Positions 51,001 through 63,745 of a stretch of 64,000 nucleotides of DNA are shown here, one piece after another; within the stretch, counting starts at the first letter, position 1; each line of letters starts with the position of its first letter. A program made the translations under genes and the position numbers. This DNA is from Octopus sinensis. Its lineage: Eukaryota. The notes beneath the pieces were generated by a model that had not been told where the DNA came from, did not search any database, and worked only from the letters and a program-made list of their open reading frames with translations. Where the stretch lies: contig NC_042997.1 of assembly GCF_006345805.1 (NCBI RefSeq), forward strand, positions 138,818,001 through 138,882,000, written 5' to 3'.

Positions 51001-51980
51001 AAAATGATGGCAACGAAAAAAGCGCACGAGCAATTGGCTGATAGGTGGGAGGAGAAACCTCTGCACGGCAAATATGTGACCCGCAGCAAACAAGCTGATG
51101 TTGACCAGAAGCAAACCCATCAGTGGCTACGGAGCTCAGGGCTAAAAGCAGAGAGCGAAGGTTTCATCCTGGCTGCTCAAGATCAAAGCCTATTAACCCG
51201 GAACTACCAGGCCAATGTGATGAAAAATGGAGCAGACCCAAAATGCCGATTCTGCAACGACATGATTGAAACAGTGGACCACCTAATCTCTGGATGTAAA
51301 GTCTTAGCACCAGTGGAGTATAAATTAAGACATGACAGAGTTGGCCAATATCTCCACTGGCTAATAAGTCGGCATTACAATATCAAAACTGCCGACAAGT
51401 GGTATAATCACCACCCTGAGGCTGTAACTGAAGGAGAAAATGTAACCATTCTGTGGGACTTTCCAGTACATACAGACCGAACTATCAAGGCCAATAAACC
51501 AGATATTGTTGTGAAAGACCAAAACAATAAAGTTTGCTTATTGATCGACATGAGCATCCCCTGTGATCATAATATCTCAGCGAAAGAGTTTGACAAGCTC
51601 AGAAAATATAAAGACCTACTCATTGAAATTGAGAAAATGTGGCATCTCAAGGCGGTTACAATACCAGTGATCGTAGGAGCACTAGGAATGATCAAGAAGG
51701 GAACCGAAAATTATATGAGAATGATCCCTGGCTTACCATCCCTGCAAGAAGTGCAAAAGATTGTCTTAACTGGTACATCACACGTATTGAGAAGAGCATT
51801 GTCGATGTGAGAACTGTTGCTGCTCATGTATTTTAATTTAACTTAAAAAAAAAGAAATTAACGAACTATTGAGTTTGGTTTAATGGCCTACCAATGTATA
51901 CTACGAGTTTCTTTGCCCTAGGAGTCGGGAAGACACTCGGCAAGAAATGGAAGCAAATTTGAAAGAAGAAACAAAAGTAA
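48035..51980 (+). mobile_element. Near full-length R4/Dong-clade RLE non-LTR retrotransposon with disrupted ORF
   Basis: N-terminal KWTREEYKEVIYAYY/NKLANVRRDILRNNRL; KSPGKDRVPNFW; QKGCRRGSYGCKDQL; AWIDYKKAF; GIFQGESLSPL; FYMDDLKLY; CRFCNDMIETVDHLISGC; NKPDIVV...LIDMSIP...K..KY. Several stops and frameshifts. 3' UTR ends in (TAA)n; degenerate triplet repeats lie upstream. Confidence 0.95.
50410..51810 (+). pseudogene. Longest intact segment (466 aa) of the R4/Dong ORF: thumb, CCHC knuckle, RLE
   Basis: From the ORF track. Frameshifted from the upstream RT segment 49823-50413. Confidence 0.9.
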
Positions 51981-52059
51981 TAATAATAATATAATAATAA
52001 TAATAATAATAATGGAGGCAAATTTGAAAGAAGAAGAAAAGCCCATAAATAATAATAAT

Positions 52060-53735
52060 AATAATAGCTATCTTCTAGGGGAACAGTGTCTCCCCACTGA
52101 TCTTCGTGCTGGGAATGATCTACTATACAAAACAAAGTTGGGGTACGATCTGAGAAGAGGTAAGGGAAAACTGAAGTACTTGCTATTCATGGACAACCTG
52201 AAGTTATTGACAAAACTGAGGCAGAACTAGACAACCTAGTCCAGTCTGTGCAGATTTTCTCTAATGATATTAAGATGGAGTTTGATCTCTCAAGATGTGC
52301 TACGATGCTAATGAGACGAGGTAAACTTTTCAGAGCAGAAGGCATATGGTTGCTAAGTGGTGAAATGATGAAGGGAATTCAACCTCAATCCAGATATAAA
52401 TACCTGGGAATGCTTGAGATAGATAGACTCAAACACAATGACATGAAAGAAAAGACAATAAGAGAGTACCTGTGGCGAGTGAGAAAAATACTGATTTCAA
52501 AGCTAAATGCCAGAAACATAATTTCAGCATTAAACTCGCGCTCAGTCGCAGTTGTTCGGTATGGCGCTGGAATCATGAAGCGGACAGACAGAGGAAGAAC
52601 TAAAGGAGATGGACAGGAAGTCAAGAAAGCTTCTAATGATGCATGGTGCCCATCATCTACGTGAGGACACTGATCGCCTATACATGAAGAGAGCAAATGG
52701 AAGAAGACTGATAAGTATGGAAGACTACGTGCGTATCGAGCTCGAGAGCTTAATGAGATATCTAACCCAAAGTAAGGAAACCTTGCTAGTGACAGTTAGG
52801 AACGAGAGAGTATTGAACACCGATAAAAATGGAAAAGCAAAGAAAGAAGTGCAAAAAGGATATGAAGAAGTATTATGCAAGAAGGGACTACACAATCAAT
52901 TCCATGCAGTCACAACAGAAGTTGCTGGAAAAAATAGGTGGGATTGGCTGATGAAAGGAACACTAAAAAAAAAAGACCGAGAGCACTATTCTAGCAGCAC
53001 AAGACCAAGCTTTGGCCACGAACTGGGGATCAGCCTTAGGAATGAACAAATGTCTCCACTGCGCCACATCTGCAACAGAGTAGATGAAACCACTGCCCAA
53101 ATCGCAAACGAATACCTAGGCTTGCCTAAAGTCACTACACGTTGTCGCGACACGATCAGGTAACGAAAGTGCTACATTGGAAACTGTGAAAAGTGGGGGC
53201 TAGAGTGAGGTAAGACGTGATATGAAAACAAACATCAGAGAACAGCGGAGTCGGAGACTAGCAAAATCTTCTGGGATTTCCCAATTCAAACTGATAAGGT
53301 ACTAAAGCATAACAAACCGGACCCAGTGGTGGTAGACAAAATTCACCACATATGCTATATAGTTGATGTTGCATGCCCCTTTGACCTACGAATAGTCAAG
53401 AAGAAGGCGGTAAGATAAATAAATACAACCCGCGTAAGTAAGAAATAGCCGAGTTGTGGAAAATGAAGACGGTGAAGATAGTGCAAATTATTGTTGGGTC
53501 CTTGGGAACAGTATCAGAAGGTATCAAGGGGGATATAAAGGAAATTGGAATAGAGTGCCCAGTAGAAATATTACAAAATGTTTGCCTCTTTGGACCAGCC
53601 AGAATAATCAGGAAGGTATAAGATAGGTGGAAAGAATGAATAGCATGGTACCGTAGGCTGCAGGTAGCAAGCGCGCTACGCATGTAAGACTCCAGGAGCT
53701 CCAACAAAACCTGTGATAAAGAGACATAATAATAA
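52060..53735 (+). mobile_element. Second, more decayed R4/Dong-type 3' fragment
   Basis: LFMDNLKLL, DIKMEFDLSRCA, YKYLGMLE, DRLYMKRANG, FWDFPIQTD..L.HNKPD. Triplet repeats on both sides. Confidence 0.85.
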
Positions 53736-53835
53736 AGAAATGATGATGATGATGATAGTGATGGTGATGGTGATGGTGATGATGATGGTGATGATGATGA
53801 TGATGATGATGATGATAATAATAATAATAATAATA

Positions 53836-53883
<48 letters not shown>

Positions 53884-53886
53884 TAA

Positions 53887-54350
53887 TTGAAAGACAAAAG
53901 CAAGGGTAATGCAGCTAGCAATTATAGATCAATCACTTGCTTACCATTAGTGTGGAAGCTCTTAACAGGGATGCTTTCAGAAAGCATTTACGAGCCCCTT
54001 GACAACCAGAATTTACTGCCAGAAGAAAAGAAAGGTTGCAAGAAGAAGACTGGAGGAAAGCATGATATATTATATATAGACAATGCAGTTCTAAATGAAG
54101 TAAAATCTAGAAAGGAAAATCTAACAATAACATGGATAGATTATAAGAAAGCCTATGACATGATCCCACACTCATGGGTATTTGAATGTTTGAGTATATT
54201 AAATATAGCAGACAACATAAGAGAGTTAATTAACTTTAGCATGAAGAAATGGAAAGTAGATCTCTACTCAGGTGACACATTCTTAGGGAATGTTTAATAT
54301 CAAGAGAGAAACTTTCCAAGGAGGCTAGTTATCTCCGTTAATATTTGTCT
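53887..54350 (+). mobile_element. R4/Dong-type RT fragment between two (TAA)n runs
   Basis: NYRSITCLPLVWKLLTG, EKKGCKK, TWIDYKKAYDMIPHSW. Confidence 0.88.
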
Positions 54351-54379
54351 TATGTTTGATACACCTCAGTTCAATAATG

Positions 54380-54488
<109 letters not shown>

Positions 54489-54505
54489 TAATAATAATAA
54501 TAATA

Positions 54506-55051
54506 GCAGTACCAGGCAGTGGCTCTCATGGCTTCTGATCTTAACTGATTGGAAGTGTTATCATGTACATTGTTTTGTCTTGGTATAAAAGATGGGCTAC
54601 AGCAAACATTCTGCTCAATACCACAGATTTGCTTGTCAGTTGTTTGACCTTAACCAGTTGAGCATGTCCCTTAGTGGCTGACGATATGTGCATCTCTGAT
54701 CACGAGCAGAAGTAGTGGGGGAGCATCATAGCCATGTGTTGAGAGGGATTATTTGGGATTTGAATAATTCACCTCTGGAAACATGGGTGGTTCTTTCAAC
54801 ATCCTTAAACAACCCTTATTCAGAGACCTTTTGAGCGGGATGGGCTACTCAACCTGAGGAAAATTCTAACTGGGCCCCACCTGCAAGGTCATGTGCTGTT
54901 TATCTTGATATGAGATCACCATGTCGCGCACATATGGTTGTGATGCATGTGCCTGGTGTACCTTTATCAGACGGGTAGTCATGATGGGTATATTGGGCTT
55001 CGTATATTTTACCCCAGTGTCACTTTGATGGCATGCACTGCTCTCTCACTC
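54506..55051 (+). mobile_element. ~545-bp element, copy 2
   Basis: Near-identical to 55103-55659. (TAA)n on both sides. Confidence 0.92.
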
Positions 55052-55082
<31 letters not shown>

Positions 55083-55102
55083 TGATAATAATAATAATAA
55101 TA

Positions 55103-55659
55103 AATGCCCTGATGCAGTACCAGGCAGTGGCTCTCATGGCTTCTGATCTTAACTGATTGGAAGTGTTATCATGTACATTGTTTTGTCTTGGTATAAAAGA
55201 TGGGCTACAGCAAATATTCTGCTCAATACCACAGATTTGCTTGTCAGTTGTTTGACCTTAACCAGTTGAGCATGTCCCTTAGTGGCTGACGATATGTGCA
55301 TCTCTGATCACGAGCAGAAGTAGTGGGGGAGCATCATAGCGATGTGTTGAGAGGGATTCTTTGGGGTTTGAATAATTCACCTCTGGAAACATGGGTGGTT
55401 CTTTCAACATCCTTAAACAACCCTTATTCAGGGACCGTTTGAGCGGGATGGGCTACTCAACCTGAAGAAAATTCTAACTGGGCCCCACCTGCAAGGTCAT
55501 GTGCTGTTTATCTTGATATGAGATCACCATGTCGCGCACATATGGTTGTGATGCATGTGCCTGGTGTACCTTTATCAGACGGGTAGTCATGATGGGTATA
55601 TTGGGCTTCGTATATTTTACCCCAGTGTCACTTTGATGGCATGAAGTGCTCTCTCACTC
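55103..55659 (+). mobile_element. ~545-bp element, copy 3
   Basis: Near-identical to copy 2. (TAA)n on both sides. Confidence 0.92.
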
Positions 55660-55672
55660 AATAATAATAATA

Positions 55673-55725
<53 letters not shown>

Positions 55726-55744
55726 AATAATAATTATAATAATA

Positions 55745-56165
55745 TTCAAGGAAGCTGACAAATACAAACAAGAAATCATACCACCTAACAAATATGAAGA
55801 AGAAGAAGAAGAAGAAGAAGAAGGAAGAAGAAGAAGAAGAAGAAGAAGAAGAAGAAGAGAAGAAGAAGAAGAAGAAGAAGAAGAAGAAGAGAAGAAGAAG
55901 AAGAAGAAGAAGAAGAAAGAAGAAGAAGAAACAACAAAAGCTATAAAACAAATGAAATCCAAACTAATACTAGAACAGCAGCGGAACGATGGCAAGAAAA
56001 GTCCCTTCATGGCAAATACTGGACTAAGCTAAATGTAAAAGAAATAGACCAAAAAATTCCCAGCAATGGTTGAGAAGCTCAGGACTCAAAGCAGAGACAG
56101 AGGGATTTTTAATTGCAACACAAGACCAAAGCCTCCCCACCAGAAATTACCAGAAAACAGTGTTA
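55745..56165 (+). mobile_element. R4/Dong-type fragment with (GAA)n expansion inside the former ORF
   Basis: FKEADKYKQEIIPPNK...ETTKAIKQMKSKL matches the 62-63.7-kb copy. [15 protein letters not shown] also follows. Confidence 0.88.
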
Positions 56166-56344
56166 TTATGGACAGCTAGGATACTTAGGAGCGCTCTTGG
56201 CATCTAAGGATGAAGCCCGATGTTATGAATTTTTCTTTTCCAACAATCAAATCTGTTGTGTATAATAATAATAATAATAATAATAATATAATAATAATAA
56301 TAATAATAATAATGATGTTGATGATGATGATGATGATGATGATG

Positions 56345-56396
<52 letters not shown>

Positions 56397-56400
<4 letters not shown>

Positions 56401-56610
56401 CATTAGCACGCCGGGTGAAATGCTTAGCGGTATTTCGTCTGCCGTTACGTTCTGAGTTCAAATTCCGCCGAGGTCGACTTTGCCTGTCATCCTTTCGGGG
56501 TCGATAAATTAAGTACCAGTTACGCACTGGGGTCGATGTAATTGACTTAATCCCTTTGTCTGTCCTTGTTTGTCTCCTATATGTTTAGCCCCTTTTGCGC
56601 AATACAGAAA
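56397..56610 (+). mobile_element. SINE A with Tx1-type tail, head truncated at AAACATTAGC
   Basis: Full body plus the AATCCCTTTGTCTGTCCTTGTTTGTC...GAAATAAG tail. Confidence 0.88.
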
Positions 56611-56619
56611 TAAGTAATA

Positions 56620-57110
56620 ATCTCATCTCATCCCATACCATTTTCTTCCCCCACTTATTCCTAAGAGAGTCCTCAAACACGGCTTCCATCGGATCATCTC
56701 AGAAGCAAACGTCTCCAAGTAAACCAGCTGAGTCTCCAGGTGAAACTAGCCAAGTTTATGGATGTTATCCAATCATCTTGCTTGTGGTCTGTCCTTGAGT
56801 CCCCTACTGGTTGGGTTTGCCTGTACAACCTGTCCAGTGATTCCTTTTTGAGACATTCTCACTACATGTCTGTTGTATCAGAGTTGTTAGATCTCAATTC
56901 GGAGAAGCATCAGCTCTACCTGGAGAGCCTCTCTCATCTCTGAGCCACGCTCTCTATCGAGCAACGTTGCATCAAGGGCCCTTCGGAAGAACCCTGTCCC
57001 GGACGTCTGTACTCGCGACGTATTCTTTCGCTCACTACCCAAGATTCATGACTTAGGTAAGGATAGGAACGAACACCGAATTGAAGATGATCGAATGCGG
57101 AAGCTGTCTA
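56620..57110 (-). mobile_element. RTE-clade LINE 3' fragment, degenerate
   Basis: Hand translation FFRRALDATLLDRERGSEMREALQVELMLLRIE..QL..NRHVVRM. Confidence 0.7.
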
Positions 57111-57118
57111 TAGGGACA

Positions 57119-57414
57119 CAGTTCTATATTTAAGAGATGAGGAATTATGTACATTATTTACATTATTATTTACATTTGACGGATATTTGTCCTCATCTTG
57201 ATTGTTGTTAACACAACATTTCGGCTGATATATCCTCCAGCCTTCGAACCTGGGTTCTCATTCCTAAGGTATTTTTCGTTGTTGCTGTTGTTGTTATTAT
57301 CATTATTACTATTATTATTATTATTATTATTATTATTGTTCAGGTCACTGCTTGGAATAGAACTCGGAATCTTGGGGTTAGTAGCCCGCGCTCTTAACCA
57401 CTAAGCCATATGCC
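57119..57414 (-). mobile_element. Family H1, complete tRNA-derived head, hammerhead core deleted
   Basis: GGCATATGGCTTAGTGGTTAAGAGCGCGGGCTACTAACCCCAAGATTCCGAGTTCTATTCC head, (AAT/AAC)n linker. Deletion between two GAA removes GACAC-CTGAT. Confidence 0.88.
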
Positions 57415-58104
57415 GACGTGGAATCTTTGTCGTTAGTCCTCAATAATTACTTTTAGTTAGTCCTCAATAATTACTTTTAGGAGATAGGTGTGTGATACTC
57501 AGACTTTACTGGGCGATGGACCTCTAGCATGACCTCAAAGCTGCTCTGCCCATCGCTCTCTTTACATTTAGTAACGTTTCGCTCCTCTTCATTGTTATGC
57601 ATGTTAATATCCTTCAGATATCTAGCTCTTGGAAGAACCCTGGTATTGTTATCTTTACTGTCCTTCTTCCCAAATATATGGAGAGCGAAGCCCTCTGAAT
57701 GTTACACTGCAAAGACCGCAGTTTTAAATAGGGCCTAAACTCCACGGAACTGACTTGCCATAGATATATTTTGGACGTCGAGGGCTCTTTCTGCTTGTCT
57801 GTTTGAGGCCGCCTTCAGGCAACGAGTTGTTAAACTCACGTAGCAATACATATCAGTCGTTTTAGCAGATACAGCTAGGCGAAAGCTCTGTCCTTCTCTT
57901 CTCAATTTTCCTAGATCGAGGTACGTCTTGTAATTTCTTCCGCTTATTTTATAGGAGCAGACTATATAATTCTCTTGTGGAGAATACTCCAGTGGAATTG
58001 ATGTCGTTGTTGCTATTAGGACTGTTGCTACTGCTGTTGCTGCTTCTTCTGCTGGTGCAGTCCCTTCTATTATTTTCTGTATCTATACTGCTGTCGTTAT
58101 TGCA

Positions 58105-58490
58105 TTTGCTGCTGTTGCTGTTGCTGTTGTGTTGCTTCGTCCCAGAGCTCGCAAGATGGGGGAATTCCGAAACGTGGTCCTTTGCTATTCGTAAGACCCG
58201 CACAAGAGAAAGCAGGTCAACCCCCGACACCGAGAGCATCGACGGATGGATGAATGCGCATCCAGGTTCAGCGGTTGCGTAGGAAGTCGGGGACAAGAAA
58301 CAGGAAGAAAGAATGAGAGAAAGTTGGGGCGAAAGAGTACAACAGGGGTCGCCCCCCCCTGCCGGAACCTCGCGGAGCTTTAAGTGTTTTCGCTCAATAA
58401 ACACACACAACGCCCGGTCTGGGAATCGAAACCGCGATCCTCCGACCTCGAGTCCACTGCCCTAACCACTGAGCCATTGCACCTCCACTG
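58105..58490 (-). mobile_element. tRNA-derived SINE, family D
   Basis: Minus strand TGGCTCAGTGGTTAGGGCAGTGGACTCG...GGTTTCGATTCCC, then TTGAGCGAAAACACTT and a pyrimidine-rich body. Confidence 0.75.
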
Positions 58491-58867
58491 CATTTACTGC
58501 TGCTATAGTTGCTACAGCTGATTTTAGTAGCACAGTTGCCACTGCTTCATATTGACATAAGGAAACTATTTTTTATCGCCGGTGACAATGCAATAAAGAT
58601 ATTTTTTGTTTTCTCAAATAGCGAATAAACAGCAGAAATGTCACGAGCGATATTGGAAGTTTTGGAATCTTGATTGAAAGTGGAGAGAAACGTGTAAAAA
58701 ATGGTCACTTGGGTCTACTTGGGACCCCATCATCATATGTTTAAAAAGAGATGTAATTTATTCAAATTTCGGAAACGATGATCAGAAGTTGTTAAGGAAG
58801 AAAAGAGCTACAAAAATATTATAAAACACTACTTAATGATCTTTTGCGTTTTAATTTAGATAACATT

Positions 58868-59190
58868 GGAAGTGGCTGTGTGGTAAGAAGCTCGCTTCCC
58901 AACAACATAGTTCCAGGTTCAATTTCACTACGTGGCACCTTGGGCAACTGTCTTCTACTATAGCCTGGAGCTGACCAAAGACATCTGAGAGGATTTGGTC
59001 GACGGAAACTGAAAGAATCCTGTTGTATATATACATATGTGTGTGTGTGCGTCTGTCCCCATCACCATTTGACAACCGGTGTTGGTGTGTTTACGTTCCC
59101 GTAAATTTGCGGTTAGGCAAAATTGACTGATAGAATAAGTACCAGGGTTTAAAAAATTAATTAGTACTGCAGCCTAATGAAATAATAAAA
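58868..59190 (+). mobile_element. SINE family B, diverged
   Basis: GTGGCTGTGTGGTAAG, GGCACCTTGGGCAA, GACAACCGGTGTTGGTGTGTTTACG. Confidence 0.82.
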
Positions 59191-60204
59191 GAATTAAAGA
59201 ATATATATATATCTTTATATATGCACACACACATATACGCATACACATATACATACACCTATGAGCACATATATATGTAGCTGTCTATAAAGTATATGAT
59301 AGAAAGATTAAAGTAATAATACGGTGGAGAGTGGAGTTTCCGACATTTCGGAGAGCGTACTTCTTCAAAGTAGCGATGATTGGGACAAAAACGTGAATAC
59401 AGAAGAGTTTATTTCCTCTTGCCCATAATTTAAATTAATTGCTGGGAGAGGTCGATTTGATCGACTAAACTCAGTTTAGTGACTGATGCTAAAATGAAGT
59501 AAGAATGTGTCTTTATTGACTTAGTAATTCCTTCTGCTCAGAATATTACTTCGATGGGGGTTGAGAACTTATGAAAATAATGAAATTTATTTAGATATTG
59601 GTACTATGTATTTCAGAGTTTAGTGTGACTACTTTATCTGTTTTATCTAGAAAATTAGTCATAGTTAAAGCAGGAAACATCTCAATCTCAGGGTATTACA
59701 AAGCTATATCCATACACAAAGTTAGCATTCCTATCCACAATATACATTCGACGTAGAGTCCATTCTCTATTATATACATGAAATAAATATATAAGCCCAT
59801 CTAGGAAACCTTTACGCGGTCGTTAAATTTACTAGAAATAGTAGCTAACTCTCTCACTGAATGCATTGGATATTGTCGTCTTAGATTTTTATTATTATCT
59901 TTGTACGTTTGTTTTGGTCGTTTTATCGACAACGGATAGGAAAAGAGGACATTGATCCCTTGCAGTTTTTTTTAAAACTCAGAACATCAAATGATGTAAT
60001 AGAATACTTCGACACATTTTCTCCTCCTCGAACCTATAGTAATGGGCATGACGTTTTGTTCTTTTTTAGTAAACTAAAAATATCAGTTGCTTATTTATAT
60101 ATTGTAGGTAAGTGTGTAGAAAAAGATAGCAGCAGACAATACTGTAGACATAACACTAAAAACCAACAAATACTGATAAGCAAGTGCAGACAAATTATAT
60201 GCGT

Positions 60205-60211
60205 TATCATC

Positions 60212-60244
<33 letters not shown>

Positions 60245-60372
60245 TCATCATCATCATCATCATCATCATTATTACCACCACCACCACTACCACCATCACC
60301 GCCGCCGCCGCCGCCACGACCACCACCAATACCACCACCGCCACCACCGCCACCACCACCACCACCATAGTC
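60205..60372. repeat. Compound in-phase triplet repeat (CAT)n-(CAC)n-(CGC)n-(CAC)n
   Basis: Direct inspection. Confidence 0.92.
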
Positions 60373-60374
60373 AT

Positions 60375-60855
60375 TAAGGTGGCGAGCAGGCAGAACCATT
60401 TCGAGTGTCGGAGAAAAATGCGTTGCGCAATTTCTTCCCGTTCATTACGTCCTGTGCTCAAATTCCGCCGAGGTTGACTTTGCCTTTCATTCTTTTGGGG
60501 CCGATAAAATAAGTACCAGTTGAATACGGGGGTCGATAAAGTCGACTGACACCCCCATCCCCCCATTCTCCTGAAGATTACTGGCCACATGCCAACATTT
60601 CAAATCCTTAAGTTAGTGAGATGACAGAATCGTTAGAGCGTCGGACAATATTTGAACGATGTTTCCTCCAACTTATTGTGCTCTAAGTTCAAATTCCGGT
60701 GAGGTCAACTTTGCCATTCATCCCTCTGTCTAGTACTGGGTTCGATGGTATCGACTACTCCCCTCCTCTTAAAACTATTGGTCTTATGCCAAGAGTTGAA
60801 ACAAGTATTATTATTATTATTGTTGTTGTTGTTGTTGTTGTTTATGTTGTTATTG

Positions 60856-60915
<60 letters not shown>

Positions 60916-61140
60916 TATTATTATTATTATTATTATTATTAAGGCAGCGAGCTGTCAGAATTGTTAGGACGCCGAACAAAATGCTAAGTGGCATTTCGTC
61001 TGTCTTTACGTTCTGGATTCAAATTCCGCCGATATTGACTTTGGGGTCGATAAATTAAGTACCAGTTGAGTACTGGGATCGATCTAATCGACTGAACCCC
61101 ATTCGCCAAAATTTCAGGCCTTGTACCTATAGTAGAAAGG
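60375..61140 (+). mobile_element. Three SINE A copies separated by (ATT/GTT)n
   Basis: Heads at ~60376, ~60620 and ~60941, each with the conserved core. Confidence 0.78.
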
Positions 61141-61189
61141 ATTATTGTTATTACAATGCGATCGGTTTTAGTTCCACTCTAGCGTTCTA

Positions 61190-62085
61190 TAGAGGGTTAG
61201 TGGAGGAAAAATGCGACGACGTTCTCGGGGAAACTCTAGGCGTTGATGATAACGAACTGAGCGGTCTGTTCGGGAGGACTTTCGGGCCGGGGCCAATGGA
61301 TAATTTCCAGAGGTCGCTCGCCTGGCAGTGCTACCGAGGGGCTCTGCCTGTTCAGGATAAACTCTACCGGCACGGAAGTGCCGTCAGCCGGGCATACCCG
61401 AGGTGTTGCCAGGACGACGAAACCGTTCTGCACGCACTCGTCCAGTGCCCGAGTATTGCTGAACTATGGGTTTATGTCGAACAGCTACTGTCGCGTATAG
61501 GACGGATCCGGCTATCAGCCGAATCCATAGTGAAGATTGCCTCGCCGACCTCCTTTAACAAGGAGGGCGAGGCCGTTTTCCTGTGCCTAGTGGCTGTGGC
61601 AAAAGAGATTATATGGTGGACCCGTTTTAAAGAGCTAAAGTCAGACACATTCCTCTTTGGTCAAGGCTTCATCAACTTTTTCAAGTTTCACTTGAAAAGG
61701 AAGATGAAGTTAGAGAGGAGAGTGCTGTCCGATAGCAAGTTTTCTGAAAGGTGGGTAAATTGTGCGAGAATGGCCAGTATAAATGGACCAATTCTCAGGT
61801 TTCGCCTGTGATTGAAAAAGGTCTTATAAAAGGAGAAAGGGGCTCTCTACCCCCCTTTTGACCAGGCTCCTGTTGGCTTTTAGGGGTTTTTTTCCACCAG
61901 GAACCTTTCGAAGCGCCTCCCCCTATTGGGAGTTTTTCATTGTTATAACCTTTCGTTGTTAAACAGTTTTTACTCGGAATTTTTCAAAAACGGACAAAAC
62001 CCTTTGTAACCTTTCGTCCTGTTTTGTCCCTTTATGTTTACTAATCATGTGTGTCAGCCCTTGTGGCCAATAAAAAGAATTAATT
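61190..62085 (+). mobile_element. Tx1-like LINE 3' end (zf-RVT-type C-terminus and 3' UTR)
   Basis: ORF 61200-61811 WQCYRGALPVQDKL..H....YPRCCQDDETVLHALVQCP. The UTR ends GCCCTTGTGGCCAATAAAAAGAA. Confidence 0.85.
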
Positions 62086-62128
62086 AATTATTATTATTAT
62101 CATTATTATTATTATTATTATTATTATT

Positions 62129-63682
62129 CAGTAGTTTTATTTTTATAGCGTGCTTTCACTTCACTACCGAGCGCAGCTCTGTGTGCCTTGGGTATGTGCT
62201 GTGATTTGTTGTGATGCTCTGGTGGTTATTGTATGGAAAGTGTTCTGCGTAGGATGTGTGCAGTGCCTAGTAGTGCAATTTTCTGTATGTTATATGTGTT
62301 TGTAAGTCCTGGTGTTTTTGTTACGTATTTGTCTGAATATTTTTTTATCATGCCTAATGCACCTATTATGATAGGAATTGTTTCTGTTTTCAGGTTCCAC
62401 ATTCTAGTTACCTCTATTTCCAGGTCTTTGTATTTTGAGAGTTTCTCCATTTCTTTTAGAGACACGTTGTTATCTGCCGGTATTGATACATCAATTAGAA
62501 AGCATTTTTTTTCTCTCCTTCATGATCTGTGACAACTATATCTGGTCTGTTGGCCTTAATTTCTCTATCTGTGTGTATCGGCATATCCCAGAGTATGGTT
62601 GCTTTCTCGTTTTCTGTGACCTTTTCTGGTGTGTGCCTATACCATCTTTTTTCTGTTGTTATTCCATAATGTTGGCATAGCTTCCAATGTATGTAGGTTC
62701 CAACTCTGTCATGTCTGTGAATATATTCCTTCTTAGCCAGGACTGGGCAGCTAGAGATAATATGATTTATTGTTTCTTGTCTATCTCCACATATTCTGCA
62801 GTTACTTGTAATATTTCTTTTCATTACATGTTTTTGGTAATTTCTGGTGGGGAGGCTTTGGTCTTGTGCTGCAATTAAAAATCCCTCTGTTTCTGCTTTG
62901 AGTCCTGAGCTTCTCAACCATTGCTGGGATTTTTCTTTGTCTATTTCTTTTTCGTTTAGTTTAGTGCAGTATTTACCATGAAGGGGCTTTTCTTGCCATC
63001 GTTTTACCATGGCTCGTTGCTGTTCTATTTTTAGTTTGGATTTCATTTGTTTTATAGCTTTTGTTGTTTCTTCATCATCTTCTTCTTCTTCTTTGTGTTT
63101 ATTAGGTGGTATGATTTCTTGTTTGTATTTGTCAGCTTCCTTAAATACTGAGAACAGTTTTTTGTTTTGCTCGTGTTTTGCTGCTATCTGGATCAGTTTT
63201 CTTTCCTTCTGAAGTAGGTATTTTTGCAGTCCTATGGTGGTTATTTTATAGTAGTTTTCCAGCTGTATAAGGTCTCTACCACCTTCTATACGTTGTATAT
63301 ATAGTCTTTCTATGTCAGATTTTGGATGATGCATCCTAGATACTGTCAGTATTTTTCTTGTTTTCCTATCTATTTTGGACAGTTCATTTCGTGTCCAGTT
63401 AAGGATATTGTAGCTGTAACTTATAACTGGGACAGCTAAAGTGTTGATACCTATTATCTTGTTTTTAGCATTGAGCTCTGTTTTTAGTATTGATCTAACT
63501 CGTCTATAATATTCTTTTTTTATTTTCTCTTTCATTTGTGTGTGTTGTGTCTTATCTAGTTCATGGATTCCTAAGTATTTGTAAGTTTGGCTTTGGTCTA
63601 ATTCTTTTATTTCATTGGTTTTATCTAGTGTGATGTTGTTACTCTTAACTAGTTTTCCTCTTTTCATGGTTACTTTGGCGCA

Positions 63683-63686
<4 letters not shown>
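62129..63686 (-). mobile_element. 5'-truncated R4/Dong-type LINE inserted in a (TAA)n microsatellite
   Basis: Open from KCAKVTMKRGKL through CRICGDRQETINHIISSCP and NRPDIVV, with a frameshift to KYKDLEIEV..MW. (ATT)n on both flanks (62080-62128, 63687-63745). Confidence 0.94.

Positions 63687-63745
<59 letters not shown>

Noticed and set aside
57520-57940. LINE linker-region remnant on minus
   Set aside because: Translation is only vaguely LINE-like, with no diagnostic motif.
59330-59375. Degenerate hammerhead-like string on minus (TTGAAGAAG...CCGAAATGTC)
   Set aside because: C3 is lost and stems are not formed; at most a dead relic.
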